From Candidatus Spongiisociaceae bacterium (GTDB taxonomy: Bacteria; Actinomycetota; Acidimicrobiia; Spongiisociales; Spongiisociaceae), in contig OZ253564.1 of the NCBI GenBank assembly GCA_965262915.1, forward strand, positions 288,001 through 352,000: DNA of 64,000 nucleotides. The letters are read 5' to 3'. The translations under genes and the position numbers were made by a program. Under the pieces are notes generated by a model. It was not told the origin of the DNA. It saw nothing but the letters and a program-made list of their open reading frames with translations, and searched no databases. Shown here piece after piece: positions 52,059 through 62,807 of the stretch. Each line of letters starts with the position of its first letter. Within the stretch, counting starts at the first letter, position 1.

Positions 52059-52202
52059 GACAGTGACGGATAAGCCCGCAGCTGCGTTCATCTGCGGTTG
52101 TCGGCGTATGACACCCGCAGGGGGCGACAACGTCATCCGCCGCCGCGAACAGACCCCACAACCCCCTCCACGGTCAGGGCACCGCCAGCGTCCGGGGGCA
52201 CC

Positions 52203-52679
52203 TCAGTCCCAGGGCAGCCACCAGTCGGGGGTTCCCTTATCAAGCGTCCGGGGGTGGAACCAGACCCGATGGTAGGCGCACACGGCCGGCGACCGCCCAC
52301 GTACCCACCGGGCGTAGCCCCCGTCGAAGTTCCACCCGAACAGCATCACGTCCGGGGGGGAGCGATAGCCGAGCACCCAGCCCCGGCAGGGGCACCCCGG
52401 CACGGTCTGCCAATGTGTGGACAGCCACGGCGATCGCCGGGGAGCAACAGCCAGTCGGGGCCCTCTGTAGATGGGGGCCTCGGTTATCAGGGCCGGCCGG
52501 TCATCCGCAACGTTCCAATCCCAGATGAACTGCGACAGCGGGAACCGGTACGGGCTGGTGTCGACACTGGCCGGGATCGACATGAGCGGCGGCAGGTCCG
52601 CCACGGTCAGAGGCACCCGCCGCCGAACGACCCTACCGGCGGGTGTAGGAGGCAACGATGATGCGGTCGGCTGGGTCAT
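52203..52679 (-). CDS. Paralogue of 29985-30461 (local compensating frameshifts)
   Basis: Same N- and C-termini; shared upstream GGTAGCATCGGCGTAACCCTGACGAG. Confidence 0.7.
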   Translation of the reverse strand: MTQPTASSLPPTPAGRVVRRRVPLTVADLPPLMSIPASVDTSPYRFPLSQFIWDWNVADDRPALITEAPIYRGPRLAVAPRRSPWLSTHWQTVPGCPCRGWVLGYRSPPDVMLFGWNFDGGYARWVRGRSPAVCAYHRVWFHPRTLDKGTPDWWLPWD

Positions 52680-53146
52680 CGGTATCTCGTCAGGGTTACG
52701 CCGATGCTACCGACGTCACGCGTCGGCGACTCGGGGTCATCCCGGCTAGCCGGATCGGCCACGTCGATGGGTAGGGGAGCCGTTCCGGATCCGGGGAAGG
52801 GTATGGCCAATCGTTGCTTCTGTCGTCGGATCTGATGGCACCGACCTGCCAACGCGTCCGGGTAAGGTCTCGGGCTGTGCCCTGGCTGCCTCGGATGGGT
52901 GTGGCGACGCGCCGTCGCCACTCGCCGGCCCGCAACCAACCGATTCCACCAATAACACCCCCAGGGTTTCGGGCCCCGTTTGGGCCGTCCCCCTCACGAA
53001 ACGGCGAATTCCGGCCCTCCCCCAGACCCCCGAACACCCGAAGCGCCGCTCCCAAGCGTCTGGAGGCCTCTCACCAGTCTCTTGTACCAATCTGTGCACG
53101 GGGGTAACGTTGTATGTGACAGGACAAGGGGCGAAAGGAACAACGC

Positions 53147-53425
53147 GTGGACACCGCCAAGACCTTCCAAGCGAAGCGGGTACGCAGCCTCGGAGACCAG
53201 GCTGTCACCTTCCGGTCGCCCGACCACCGCCACGGCGATCTGGTGACCCTCAATGTTCACGACCGCGGCCACTACGACCACACCGCCACCTACCGAGTGA
53301 GCCACCGGCCCAGCACCGCCGACGAGCGGCTCGTGTGGCCACCCGAGGTGCTCGCCTTCCCAGCCCGCGACCCGGAACCCGCTACGGTCTGTCCAACCCG
53401 TCGGAGAACCGCCAAAACCGGGTAA
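53147..53425 (+). CDS. Hypothetical protein
   Basis: AAAGGA RBS before the GTG start. Confidence 0.45.
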   Translation: MDTAKTFQAKRVRSLGDQAVTFRSPDHRHGDLVTLNVHDRGHYDHTATYRVSHRPSTADERLVWPPEVLAFPARDPEPATVCPTRRRTAKTG

Positions 53426-53504
53426 TCCCCAAAGCAACCGTCAAGTCCCGCTGCCGGTACCCACCCGGGCTCCGCCAGCGGATCTGTTGGCGATCACCGA
53501 AATT

Positions 53505-53699
53505 CACTCATACTGAAGGTGCCCTGTTCTTAGGGGGGCTGCTGCGATGATACGAGGTGGTCCCCTGTGACCGGGGGGCGGGTCTGACCCAAGTGAAATC
53601 CGGCGCGTGTGTTGCCTTGCTGGGGATCTGTCGGCCTGTCCCCCGGTCAGGGGGCGGGGTTTGCGGTTCGAGGCGGATGTGACCTGATAGACACACTCA
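53505..53699 (+). mobile_element. ~195 bp non-autonomous IS110-like mini-element, copy 2
   Basis: Inverted homologue of 5102-5301; CACTCA at both ends. Confidence 0.65.
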
Positions 53700-53761
53700 A
53701 ACTGATAACCCACAAGCCCAAATAGCCTGTGACCTGGGAGTATATCCCAGGTCACAGTGGA

Positions 53762-53872
53762 GGAGCGGGCACCGAGACCTGCGAGGTAGCCGACGGGCTG
53801 TTGTTGGACGTGTACGACGACGGCTAGGTGGTCGGCCTCGACGTTGACCATGCTTCGGAACTGCTCGCCCCC
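53762..53872 (+). pseudogene. DUF2283-like fragment
   Basis: GTETCEVADGLLLDVYDDG*VVGLDVDHASELL. Confidence 0.55.
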
Positions 53873-54177
53873 CCGGATCGAATAGTCGGACCTAGACGCC
53901 GCTGGCCGGGCCTGCGGATCCGCTGAGGCGAAGAACTCAAGTCAACGACGCCGTCGAGGATTTACCAGCCGGGCCAACGAGGGCGGCTGCGGAGAATCAG
54001 CTGACTGCCGCTTGCGGTTGTTAGTGGCCCGATGTCTGTTCTTCGTGACCTGCTATGCGAGCTAATGCGATGTATCGTACCTATCGCTGGAGTGCCGTCC
54101 ACAAGGCGATACTTCCCGGGCGCTCCAGGTCGGTAGACGTTGTGGGTAGCCTGTCTGAGGCTGGAGGGGAGAGACGC

Positions 54178-57018
54178 TTGCGTGCTACTGCCCAGCAAGT
54201 AACGGGGACGGAGGGCGAGCTTCGGGTGGCGGCCGACTTCGCCGCGATTGGTTGGCTTCCGGTTCTCAATGCGTCTCAGGAAATGGGTACCGATCTTCTG
54301 GTCGCGGTGCGGGATCATCGGCTTTTTGATCGTGTTCTGGTCGTTGGTGTGCAGGTGAAGGCGGGTCCGAGCGCTTTCGACCGGCCCGAGACCGGTGAGA
54401 GCGGTGAGGTGTCCGGTTGGTGGTGCCGCGAAGACGATACGCGCCACTTCGATGACTGGGTGACGCATGGCCTACCTCATCTGGTTGTTCTGCACGACTG
54501 TGCAACACGGGTGTCTTATTGGGCGCACGTCACTGCCAATGAGGTGGTGTCGACGGGGAGGGGCTGCAAGATCCTCGTACCTTCGGACCAGACGATCGAT
54601 GCGGAACACGCTGACGCGCTTGTGGCTGTCGCGTCCACACTGAAGGCGGCACCTGAGATTGAGCACACCGCCTATTACGCAGGGGCCGGGAATGTCCCAC
54701 CAGGACGGAGGCTTCGCTACGCGCTTGTAGCCCCAAGATTGGTAGCGCGACATCCCGACGCCGGACACTCCCAACCGATTGATGCGGTAGAGGCGGTAGC
54801 TCTTCTGGCGCAGGGTCGCTTCCGCGCCCTCAAGGACTTCGCCGAAAAGCACGGGGGTGTACCCGACCGTTCCGGCCATCATCGTGACTGGCGTTGGCGG
54901 TTTGTTGCAGCGATATGGGATTGGGCGATGACAGACAGCTCCGAACGTCTACGCGAGGTGTTCGACTGTGCTCCCGATGAAACCGCAAGAGCAGCGAGCG
55001 GCGTGCTTCTGGCGTGCGCTCTCCAGCGGGTCGAACAGCACGGTCCGGCCCTCGGTCTCCTAGATAGTCTGGTGACAACCGACGATCTCAGGCCTGCGGA
55101 CCACGGATGGGTTCTTGTTCAGCGCGCACGCACACGACTCGAGATCGGTGACACCGCTGGTGCAGGTTCCGACGCAACCGAAGCACGGAGAAGCTTTGTT
55201 GCCGACCCTGACGACATCACGGTGTCCGCGCTTGCTGCTTCCGCAGCATGGCAACTATTCACCACCGCCTGGCTTGAAGGACACGAACCCCCTGCTGCCA
55301 CAACCGACGATGACGATGCAGAGACGGAAGAACCGTTCGCTCAGTTAGTGACAGCCTCCGATACTGCTGTCTCTTGGTGGCGGTCCCAGGCCCTCGCTCG
55401 CGCCTTGGCTAAAGCGGAGAACGAACGGTTCCGATCATGGGCCGACGACCAACAAGAAGTGCTCGGTAGTCGTGCAGCACATACCCAGCACCATGACCTA
55501 TTCGGTGCCGAACTCAACGCTGACATCACAGGGGACCACGGCATGTGGCGATCGATCTCAGCGCTCGCGGCGCAACAGCGGCTCATGTCACCAACCGACT
55601 TTGGCGACGAGGTCGCTGCACTAGCTGAAGGGCTCGATGGTTTACGTCGATGCGGGAGCCGCGAGTCACTGAAGTTGGCGATGCGTCATCTCCGGTGCGT
55701 AGGGCCTCTCGACGCTGTTAAGCGAGTTGTGAACAAGATCCCCGTCAATGGATGGACCCACACCACCGCCGGCCGTAACCTCGACGCGTTGGCGCTAGCG
55801 GGTGATCTGGTCGAAGAGCACACCGCTGCACAGCATCTCTGTCGGCTCACCCGGCTTGTGGGGGGAGAAACAGAAGACTTCATAGCAAGGGTACGGCCAA
55901 ACTTCGTCGTTCCTCACTTTGCTGCCAATGCCCTGGTCGGACTTCTGCCTTCGGTTGAAGGGATCGGGCATAGCCGAGTGGCCCGTCTTGTCGCCTCGTT
56001 GCCGATCCCTACGCCTGCGTTTCTACTATCCCGAACCGCGACCAGAATCGTTCAACAGTTGGACTTCGACCAGGTGACCGCTGCTGACCGCGAAGCTTTG
56101 TGGCTGCGGGGGCAGCGAGATCCTGGACATCTGGGGTCTGATGTGATCGGGTGGCTAGCAGCCAACGGACATCCCGACGCCCGCCGCAAACTGATTGACC
56201 GTGCCGCAGGAGGCGATCCGTATGCCCTAGCAGCCCTCCGAGACGTGCACTCACTCGAAAGCACCGATGCGGCCTCGATCATCGAAGCGTGTGGAAACCT
56301 GGTTCAGGACACTCTTAGAGACGCACGAAGCGGTTCTCACCCCACTGGACCAGACCATTGCTCCGCGCTCGCACGTTTCAACCTGTGGTTCCCCGATCAG
56401 GCACGCTGGGATGAGGTCATCAGCCTTCTGCTAGAACCCCGAGTGGCACCATTTCGGAAGCTGCCGACAGCGTGGGTTGTCGCGGAGGAGGCCGCTGAGC
56501 TACCGCCGGAGGTACGAACCGCTGTATCACAGAACATAGACGCGGTAACAACGGCCGGAACAAGGCTCGGTAACGCGTCGGGCATGGAAGGTGTCGGTGT
56601 CGTTCTAACCATCGCCCTCGGCATAACTGAGGGGAGCGATGCCGACACTGCAGCCGCTCTACTCGCAGCCGGAACGCCGCAACAACGCGAACACGCCGCA
56701 ATGTTGCTGGGCTCAGGCTACTGCCCAGCAAGCCGCCCGATCCTCGCCGCGCTCGTTCGCGACCGACACTCCGATGTGCGATACAGAGCAGCTGAGGCAG
56801 TCGGCAGACTCGCAGTCGCGACCCAAGACAAGCTATACCACACACTGGCATCGGACATGGCCCACAGCGATGGCACCCTCCTGCCGGTGGCACTCCTTAA
56901 CGGTATTTCCGCAGAGGTCTCGACCATTCCGTCCAGCATTGAGAGGATCGCGACGTTTCTCCTGCAACACCCCTCCGCTCGAATACGGAACTACGCGCGT
57001 CACCTTCTGTCCACCTAA
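54178..57018 (+). CDS. DUF4365 (PD-(D/E)xK nuclease) protein with TPR/HEAT-like repeats
   Basis: GTEGE...EMGTDL...GVQVKAG nuclease motif; long Ala/Leu-rich helical region; C-terminal DVRYRAAEAVGRL; start placed at TTG after GGAGGGG. Confidence 0.8.
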   Translation: MRATAQQVTGTEGELRVAADFAAIGWLPVLNASQEMGTDLLVAVRDHRLFDRVLVVGVQVKAGPSAFDRPETGESGEVSGWWCREDDTRHFDDWVTHGLPHLVVLHDCATRVSYWAHVTANEVVSTGRGCKILVPSDQTIDAEHADALVAVASTLKAAPEIEHTAYYAGAGNVPPGRRLRYALVAPRLVARHPDAGHSQPIDAVEAVALLAQGRFRALKDFAEKHGGVPDRSGHHRDWRWRFVAAIWDWAMTDSSERLREVFDCAPDETARAASGVLLACALQRVEQHGPALGLLDSLVTTDDLRPADHGWVLVQRARTRLEIGDTAGAGSDATEARRSFVADPDDITVSALAASAAWQLFTTAWLEGHEPPAATTDDDDAETEEPFAQLVTASDTAVSWWRSQALARALAKAENERFRSWADDQQEVLGSRAAHTQHHDLFGAELNADITGDHGMWRSISALAAQQRLMSPTDFGDEVAALAEGLDGLRRCGSRESLKLAMRHLRCVGPLDAVKRVVNKIPVNGWTHTTAGRNLDALALAGDLVEEHTAAQHLCRLTRLVGGETEDFIARVRPNFVVPHFAANALVGLLPSVEGIGHSRVARLVASLPIPTPAFLLSRTATRIVQQLDFDQVTAADREALWLRGQRDPGHLGSDVIGWLAANGHPDARRKLIDRAAGGDPYALAALRDVHSLESTDAASIIEACGNLVQDTLRDARSGSHPTGPDHCSALARFNLWFPDQARWDEVISLLLEPRVAPFRKLPTAWVVAEEAAELPPEVRTAVSQNIDAVTTAGTRLGNASGMEGVGVVLTIALGITEGSDADTAAALLAAGTPQQREHAAMLLGSGYCPASRPILAALVRDRHSDVRYRAAEAVGRLAVATQDKLYHTLASDMAHSDGTLLPVALLNGISAEVSTIPSSIERIATFLLQHPSARIRNYARHLLST

Positions 57019-57070
57019 CGACGGACACCACGATCAAGCGATTTCTCGATCGCCTCATCCCTGCTAAACA

Positions 57071-58506
57071 GGCTCTTCGGAAATGAGTGGGGAGTCGGGG
57101 ATCTGCCAGGGGGAGTGGTAATCCACCAGAAGTGATGGGGGGTCCTCCATAATCGGACTTCAGCAATGACATCCGAGGCAGGAGGACCCCTGTGGAAGCT
57201 GATCCCTGCGCGCATGTGCGAGAAGTTGGTAGGCCTAGGCGACGTTGACCTGGTAGGGATCAACGACCCGGGCGAGGGTGCACCGTTGGAGGTGGTGATC
57301 GGGTCCCGCAAGCCCCGCCCGTTGTGTGTGGCATGTGGCGGCCCGGTGTGGTCCAAGGGTCACAGAACGGTTGTGTTGGTGGATCTACCGGCGTTCGGCC
57401 GGGCCTGTGCGGCTGCGGTGGCGGAAACGCCGCTGGACGTGCCCGAACCCCGACTGTGAGATCAGATCGTTCATCGAACAAGACCCCCACGATTGGTCCC
57501 CAACGGGCGTTGTTGACATCGAGAGCGGCCCGGTGGGTGACCATCCAGGTGGGTCGGCGGGGCCGTTCGGTCGACGAGGTCGCCGCAGAGCTAGGTTGTG
57601 ATTGGCATACGGTGAACAACGAGGTCGTCCGCTGGGGCGAAGCCCTCCTGGGGGCCGACACCGATCGGATAGGCGAGGTCGGAGCTGTGGGCATCGACGA
57701 GACGTTGTTCTGGCGGAAAGGCCGGTGGCGAACCAAGCAGTGGTGCACCTCTGTCGTCGACGTGGGAGGCCGCCAGCTGATCGACATAGTCCCTGGTAGA
57801 ACAGCAGAAAGCGCAGCTTCGTGGTTCCGATCCCAGCCCCCCGAGTGGCTCGACGGGATCCGCTGGGCGGTGCTGGACATGTCAGGTCCTTACCGGAAGG
57901 CGTATAACCGGGTGCTCCCGAACGCTCTCCAAGTAGCAGACCCCTTCCACGTCATCCGCCTCGCCAACCAGCGACTCGACGAAGTACGACGAAGAGTCCA
58001 AAACGAAACCCTGGGACACAGAGGCCGCAAGGATGACCCGCTGTATCGGATACGGCGGCTCCTAACCGCTGCGCATGAGAGGATCAGCGACCGGGGCCAG
58101 GTCCGCTTGCGTGGTCTCCTCGATGCCGGTGACCCCCACGGCGAGGTACGCACAGCCTGGCACGCAAAGGAAACGGTACGAGGCATCTACGGGATCGACA
58201 CTCCGGTCCTTGCTCTCCGATACACCCTCCAGCTCGCAGACGACCTCCAACACGAATCCTGCCCACCCGAGATCAACAAGCTAGGTCGCACCATCGCCCG
58301 CTGGACCCCCCAGATCACCAACTGGCACATCTCGAAGGTAACCAACGGACCCACCGAAGCCCTCAACAACCTCATCAAACGCATCAAACGAGCAGCGTTC
58401 GGGTTACCCAACTTCGCGAACTACCGAATCCGCGCCCTTCTCTACGCCGGGAAACCCAACTGGGACCTATTGGCCACCGTCACTCCCCACTGAAATCCGA
58501 AGAGCT
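57071..58506 (+). mobile_element. ISL3 family IS, copy 3 (frameshifted transposase)
   Basis: IRs; 8-bp TSD GCTAAACA; homologous to copy 2. Confidence 0.93.
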
Positions 58507-59219
58507 GCTAAACACCGTAAACCCATGTCAACAAGAGCTATCCTCACTTAGGACGACCAGATTAACTCCCGAGCCTCTCCACCGCCCAGCCCAGCACCCA
58601 CACTCTTCGGTGATTGACGATCGTCAACCTCATCGACCTCGACAATGGAGAGGACCGGCACGGCTCCCCCCGCGACTGATGGTCCCCGAGCCTCGCGGTT
58701 TCAGGTCAGGTGGATCAATGGAGTGACCAACGGTGTCGTAGAAGATTGTCGCTCATCCGATCAGCCCGCCCAGCGGCTCGAAAGTAGCGGTTCGCAAGCC
58801 AACCGTCCTTACAATCCCCCATTGCCCTGGTGGGTGCGCGTGTCGGACTCGAACACGCTCCGCTAACGAACTACATGACTCAGATCAACTGAAACAGGGT
58901 TCTACATGGGGAAACAGTGCCCACGTTCACTGATGGTCGCCGATGACACAAGACCTGCCCCCTTTACCCCGACAGCATCGACCACCCCTCAAACCGCAGT
59001 CCCGGGACGAGTCTCTACCCGGCCCTTGGGATTGAACCAGCCAACGAGGAAGGGCCATCGGATACGGCACCCTCCACCAGCGCCATGCGACCTGAACACA
59101 GTGTGTTAGAGCCCCGCTGGACAACGCCGACCTCAACCCGGACCGGGGCCGGAGCCGCCGGCATTCCACTCGGATCAGTAATCCCACGTGGGTATAGCCG
59201 GCTGGCTAGTCCTATCAGG

Positions 59220-60410
59220 TCAGTTTGGTAGTCGCGCAGAAGCAGGAGCCTGGTTGTGTAGGTAGTCGGCCCAGTCTTGCATGAGTTGGCGGCGTCGGTC
59301 GAAGAGGTCGCTTCGTTGGTAGGCGGCTTCGACTCGGTCGTTGTTGACGTGGGCGAGTGCGAGTTCGCAGATTTGTCGGGGTGTGTCGGTTAGCTCGGCT
59401 GCCCAGTCCCTGAAGCTGGATCGGTATCCGTGGGGTACGGCGGGGATGTTGTGTTCTCGCATTAGTTTGGACAGTGTCGCGTCGGATAGTTCCCGTCCGG
59501 TGGCTGATGGGAACACCAGGCCGCTGCGGTCCCGAAACCGCTGCGCTTCTGTCAACAGTTCGACAGCGCGGGTGGGGAGGGGTACACGGTGTTGGCGGGC
59601 GGTTTTCATCCGGGTGGCGGGGATCGTCCAGGTGGCTTCGGCGAGGTTGATCTCGTCCCATCGGGCGCCTCTTATCTCACCGGAGCGGCAAGCTGTGAGT
59701 ATCAGGAACTCGAACGCCAAGATGGTGGTCGGATAGGCGGCGGAGGCTCGGATGGTGGCGAGGCTGGCCGCCACGTCGGTGTGGGGCAGCGCCGGGTGGT
59801 GTCGGCGTCTTCCCATGTTGGTGGGAAGCGCGGCGGTGATGGCGTCCCCGGCTGGGTTGTCCGTCCGGTAGCCCTGGGCGATGGCCCAGCGCATGACCGC
59901 GCCGATGCGCTGTCTTACCCGCCTTGCGGTCTCGGGGCGGGTGTGCCAGATCGGAAGGAGGCAGGCCATCACATCCGCGGTGGTGATCCGATCCACTGGT
60001 CGGCGTCCCAGACGCGGGTAGGCGTAGGTGGTGAGCGACGATCGCCACTGCTTCTCTGATTTGCCGCCTGGTTTCCACCCGGCGGCGTGTATAGCGATGA
60101 CCTTTTCGGTGGCTTGGGAGAAGCTGGGTACGCGGCTGCCTCGGGGGTCGAGGCCCGCTTCGATCGTTCGCCGGTTGGCGACGGCTTTTTTTCGGGCTTC
60201 GGCCAAAGTGACGATCGGATACGGGCCTAGGCCGATGTTGGTGACCCGTCCATGGAATCTGACCCGTTGGCTCCACGTTTTGGATAGCCGCCTGTTCGCG
60301 GTTGGTTTGACCAGGAGGCTGAGGCCGTAGCCGCCGCGTCCGTCGCCGTAGCGGCCCGGTTGGGTGACGGTGCGCACGAACGCGGCTGATAGGATTCGTG
60401 GACGTTTCAC
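59220..60410 (-). CDS. int: P4-like tyrosine integrase with arm-binding domain
   Basis: DGRGGYGLSL...GLGPYP..TLAEAR arm domain; TACRSGE, MKT, PHGYRSSFRDW, LAH, AAY. Confidence 0.95.
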   Translation of the reverse strand: MKRPRILSAAFVRTVTQPGRYGDGRGGYGLSLLVKPTANRRLSKTWSQRVRFHGRVTNIGLGPYPIVTLAEARKKAVANRRTIEAGLDPRGSRVPSFSQATEKVIAIHAAGWKPGGKSEKQWRSSLTTYAYPRLGRRPVDRITTADVMACLLPIWHTRPETARRVRQRIGAVMRWAIAQGYRTDNPAGDAITAALPTNMGRRRHHPALPHTDVAASLATIRASAAYPTTILAFEFLILTACRSGEIRGARWDEINLAEATWTIPATRMKTARQHRVPLPTRAVELLTEAQRFRDRSGLVFPSATGRELSDATLSKLMREHNIPAVPHGYRSSFRDWAAELTDTPRQICELALAHVNNDRVEAAYQRSDLFDRRRQLMQDWADYLHNQAPASARLPN

Positions 60411-60431
60411 CTGCCTCTCCTCCCCGTTTCG

Positions 60432-60586
60432 GTTATCACCTATAGTTATCACTTTATCGGTGGGATTAGACGGTACCGTCTGAGACGGCAAGAAGCAAGA
60501 AATACCTGATAAACAGGGTGTTCAGAATGACAGTGGGGCGTTGGGAAACCATGTGAGACCATCAAACGGCGGTCACTCCCTCCGCC
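60432..60586 (+). other. Putative att site: arm-type repeats and tRNA-Ser-like 3' core
   Basis: GTTATCAC twice (60432, 60445); CACTCCCTCCGCC (60574-60586) resembles a tRNA-Ser 3' end. Confidence 0.6.
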
Positions 60587-60622
60587 GGCTGCCGAGGCCC
60601 ACCCGAGGGGACAGTGCCCGCC

Positions 60623-61306
60623 TCAGGTCTTGGTCAGGATAGCGCCGTAGACAAAGCCCAGTGGTCCCATCCGCCATAGCGCGTCGGTGCGGAACGGCGT
60701 GCGGGCGTAGAGCTGTTCGGGGGGAGGCAGCTTGTCCAGGGACCGGTACAGGTATCGGTACTCGGCCGCCGCGCCGACCAGCGACCCGGCCGCGGGAACC
60801 ACCACCGCCGAGCCCGTGCGGTGGATCGCCGCTGCGACCTTCCCCCTGGGGCGGGCCAGATCGACGATGCCAAGCGATCCACCCCTGCGGAGGACCCGGC
60901 CCACCTCGGTCAACGTGGCGGTCACCGAGTCGAGGTTCCGGAACACGAAAGCCGAGAAGACCGCGTCGAAGCTACGGTCCGCGAACGGCAGCGCCTCGCC
61001 CATCCCGACCACCCTGGCTGTCACGGGACTGAGTGCCAGCATCTCCGGTACCGGATCCAGGGCGATCACCTCGCGATCCCCGAACAACGGTGCGGCCGCG
61101 CCCGTACCGGAGCCGAGGTCGAGGAGCCGGCCCGGAGGAAGGCGGTCCACTACGGAACGGCGCCAGGCCTGGTCCCGTCCGAGGGCCAGCACGCGGTTGA
61201 TGAAGTCGTACCTGCGGGCGATCCTGGCAAAGATCGCGTCGGAGGTGCGGGTGGTCAGCTGCCCCCTGATGCCGTCATCCGACCCGGTCGAATCCGACGT
61301 GAGCAC
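60623..61306 (-). CDS. ubiE: UbiE/MenG family SAM-dependent methyltransferase
   Basis: F.RIARRYDFINRVL..G.D..WR, LDLGSGTG, LPFADRSFD. Confidence 0.8.
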   Translation of the reverse strand: MLTSDSTGSDDGIRGQLTTRTSDAIFARIARRYDFINRVLALGRDQAWRRSVVDRLPPGRLLDLGSGTGAAAPLFGDREVIALDPVPEMLALSPVTARVVGMGEALPFADRSFDAVFSAFVFRNLDSVTATLTEVGRVLRRGGSLGIVDLARPRGKVAAAIHRTGSAVVVPAAGSLVGAAAEYRYLYRSLDKLPPPEQLYARTPFRTDALWRMGPLGFVYGAILTKT

Positions 61307-62528
61307 GCAGAGCCTCGGGTACGACGAAGGATCCGTCGGCCTGTTGATGGTTCTCCAGCAGGGCGATGAGCAGGCGGCCCACCGCCACCGCCGTCCCGTT
61401 GAGGGTATGGACGAGCCGGTTCCCGCCCTCCGACCGGAAACGGATCCTCAGGCGCCTGCTCTGGAAGTCGGTGGTGTTCGAGCACGAGGTGATCTCCCGG
61501 TAGCGACCCTGCGACGGGATCCATGCCTCGATGTCATACTTCTTGGCGGCGGAGGAACCCAGGTCGCCCGCCGCTACGTTGACGACCCGGTACGGGATCT
61601 CGAGGCGCTGGACGATCTCCTCCTCGAGGGACAGCAGGAAGTCGTGCTCGTCCCACGACCGCTCCGGATGGCAGAACGAGAACATCTCGACCTTGTCGAA
61701 CTGGTGAACCCTGAATATCCCGGCGGTGTCCTTGCCGTGGGCGCCCGCCTCCCGCCGGAAGCAGGAGGAGAACCCCGCGTAGCGGAGCGGCAGATCGTCC
61801 TCTTGGAGTATCTCGTCGGCGTGGTAGGCGGCCAGAGCAACCTCGGAGGTTCCGATCAGGTAGAGGTCGTCGCGGTCTATCTTGTATACCTGCTGATCGT
61901 CGTCAGGAAAGAAACCGGTCCCGAACAGCGCGTGCTCGCGGACCAGGACCGGAGGAACGACCGGCGTGAAGCCCTCTCCTCCCAGGAAGTCGAGCGCCAT
62001 GCGCACCAGGCCGAACTCGATGATCACCGCCGGCCCGGTCAGGTATCCGAAGCGGCTTCCGGATACCTTGGCGGCCCGCTCGATGTCGATCATCCCGAGG
62101 GCGGCGCCCAGTTCCCGATGATCCTTGAGCGGATAGTCAGTTTCCGGAACCTCGCCCCAGCGCTTCAACTCGAGGCTGTCCTCGTCGGTGAACCCGTACG
62201 CTGCCGACGGATCGGCCAGGTTCGGAACCTTGATCCAGAGTTCTTCAAAATCCTTATCCCGTTCGTCGGCCTCGGCCAGCGCGGAGCGGTACTGTCTCGC
62301 CAGCGTCCCCGCCCGGGCGATCGCCGCCTGCCGAGGTTCACCCTCCAGCCGGGAGATCCGGCGGCTTACCCCATTCTGCTCGGCGCGCGTCCTCTCGGCC
62401 TGCGCCCGAAGGTTCCGGCGTGCCTGGTCGATCTGCGCCATCGTGTCTACATCGAGTTCCAGACCCCGCCGGGCCAGGGCGGCCTTGAGAACCTCCGGCT
62501 GCCGCCTGAGAATCGAGATATCGATCAT
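61275..62528 (-). CDS. serS: Serine--tRNA ligase
   Basis: AAKVSGSRF, LIGTSE, FRREAG, RVHQFDKVE, EITSCSN, HTLNGT. Confidence 0.98.
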   Translation of the reverse strand: MIDISILRRQPEVLKAALARRGLELDVDTMAQIDQARRNLRAQAERTRAEQNGVSRRISRLEGEPRQAAIARAGTLARQYRSALAEADERDKDFEELWIKVPNLADPSAAYGFTDEDSLELKRWGEVPETDYPLKDHRELGAALGMIDIERAAKVSGSRFGYLTGPAVIIEFGLVRMALDFLGGEGFTPVVPPVLVREHALFGTGFFPDDDQQVYKIDRDDLYLIGTSEVALAAYHADEILQEDDLPLRYAGFSSCFRREAGAHGKDTAGIFRVHQFDKVEMFSFCHPERSWDEHDFLLSLEEEIVQRLEIPYRVVNVAAGDLGSSAAKKYDIEAWIPSQGRYREITSCSNTTDFQSRRLRIRFRSEGGNRLVHTLNGTAVAVGRLLIALLENHQQADGSFVVPEALRAHVGFDRVG

Positions 62529-62657
62529 CCGGCGATTCTACGCCCCGCCAGCTGACTTCCGTAGTCGGCAATCCGCAGTCGGTGACCCCTAGCGGCCGGC
62601 AAGGATACCCGGGCTCACCTTCGACCATATAACGCCCAGCCACCCGACACCCTGCAA

Positions 62658-62807
62658 CAGGTGCCAGGTGCCAGGTGCCAGTCCTCGACGATGGGTTCTG
62701 TCGCCACCGACGGCACGGACAGGACACCAACCCAGCCCAAAAAACACCGAAAATCCTTCAGTCCCGCCAGTCACCACTGACACCTGACACCTAACACCCG
62801 ACACCTA
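62658..62807. repeat. Short heptamer tandem repeats in opposing orientation
   Basis: (CAGGTGC)x3 at 62658-62678; (CTGACAC-like)x4 at 62777-62804. Confidence 0.7.

Larger units (their letters stand above)
1..60586. mobile_element. Genomic island / integrative element mosaic (left end lies outside the window)
   Basis: P4-like integrase at the right border next to a tRNA 3'-end-like sequence; AlpA, many IS and defence genes inside; housekeeping genes resume after 60.6 kb. Confidence 0.8.

Noticed and set aside
57012-57070. Integron attC site (ACCTAAC overlapping a stop codon; similar at 23318)
   Set aside because: No matching GTTRRRY end or attC palindrome, and no integron integrase
58614-58628. 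TTGACGATCGTCAA as a third IS21 end
   Set aside because: Short palindrome lacking the terminal CA and the internal repeat; too weak to call
58826-58870. tRNA-like GTTCGAGTCC...CCA on the minus strand
   Set aside because: The T-stem does not pair and no D or anticodon arm is visible; at most an old att remnant
60732-62555. 607-aa plus-strand ORF
   Set aside because: Antisense shadow of serS and the methyltransferase, typical of high-GC DNA
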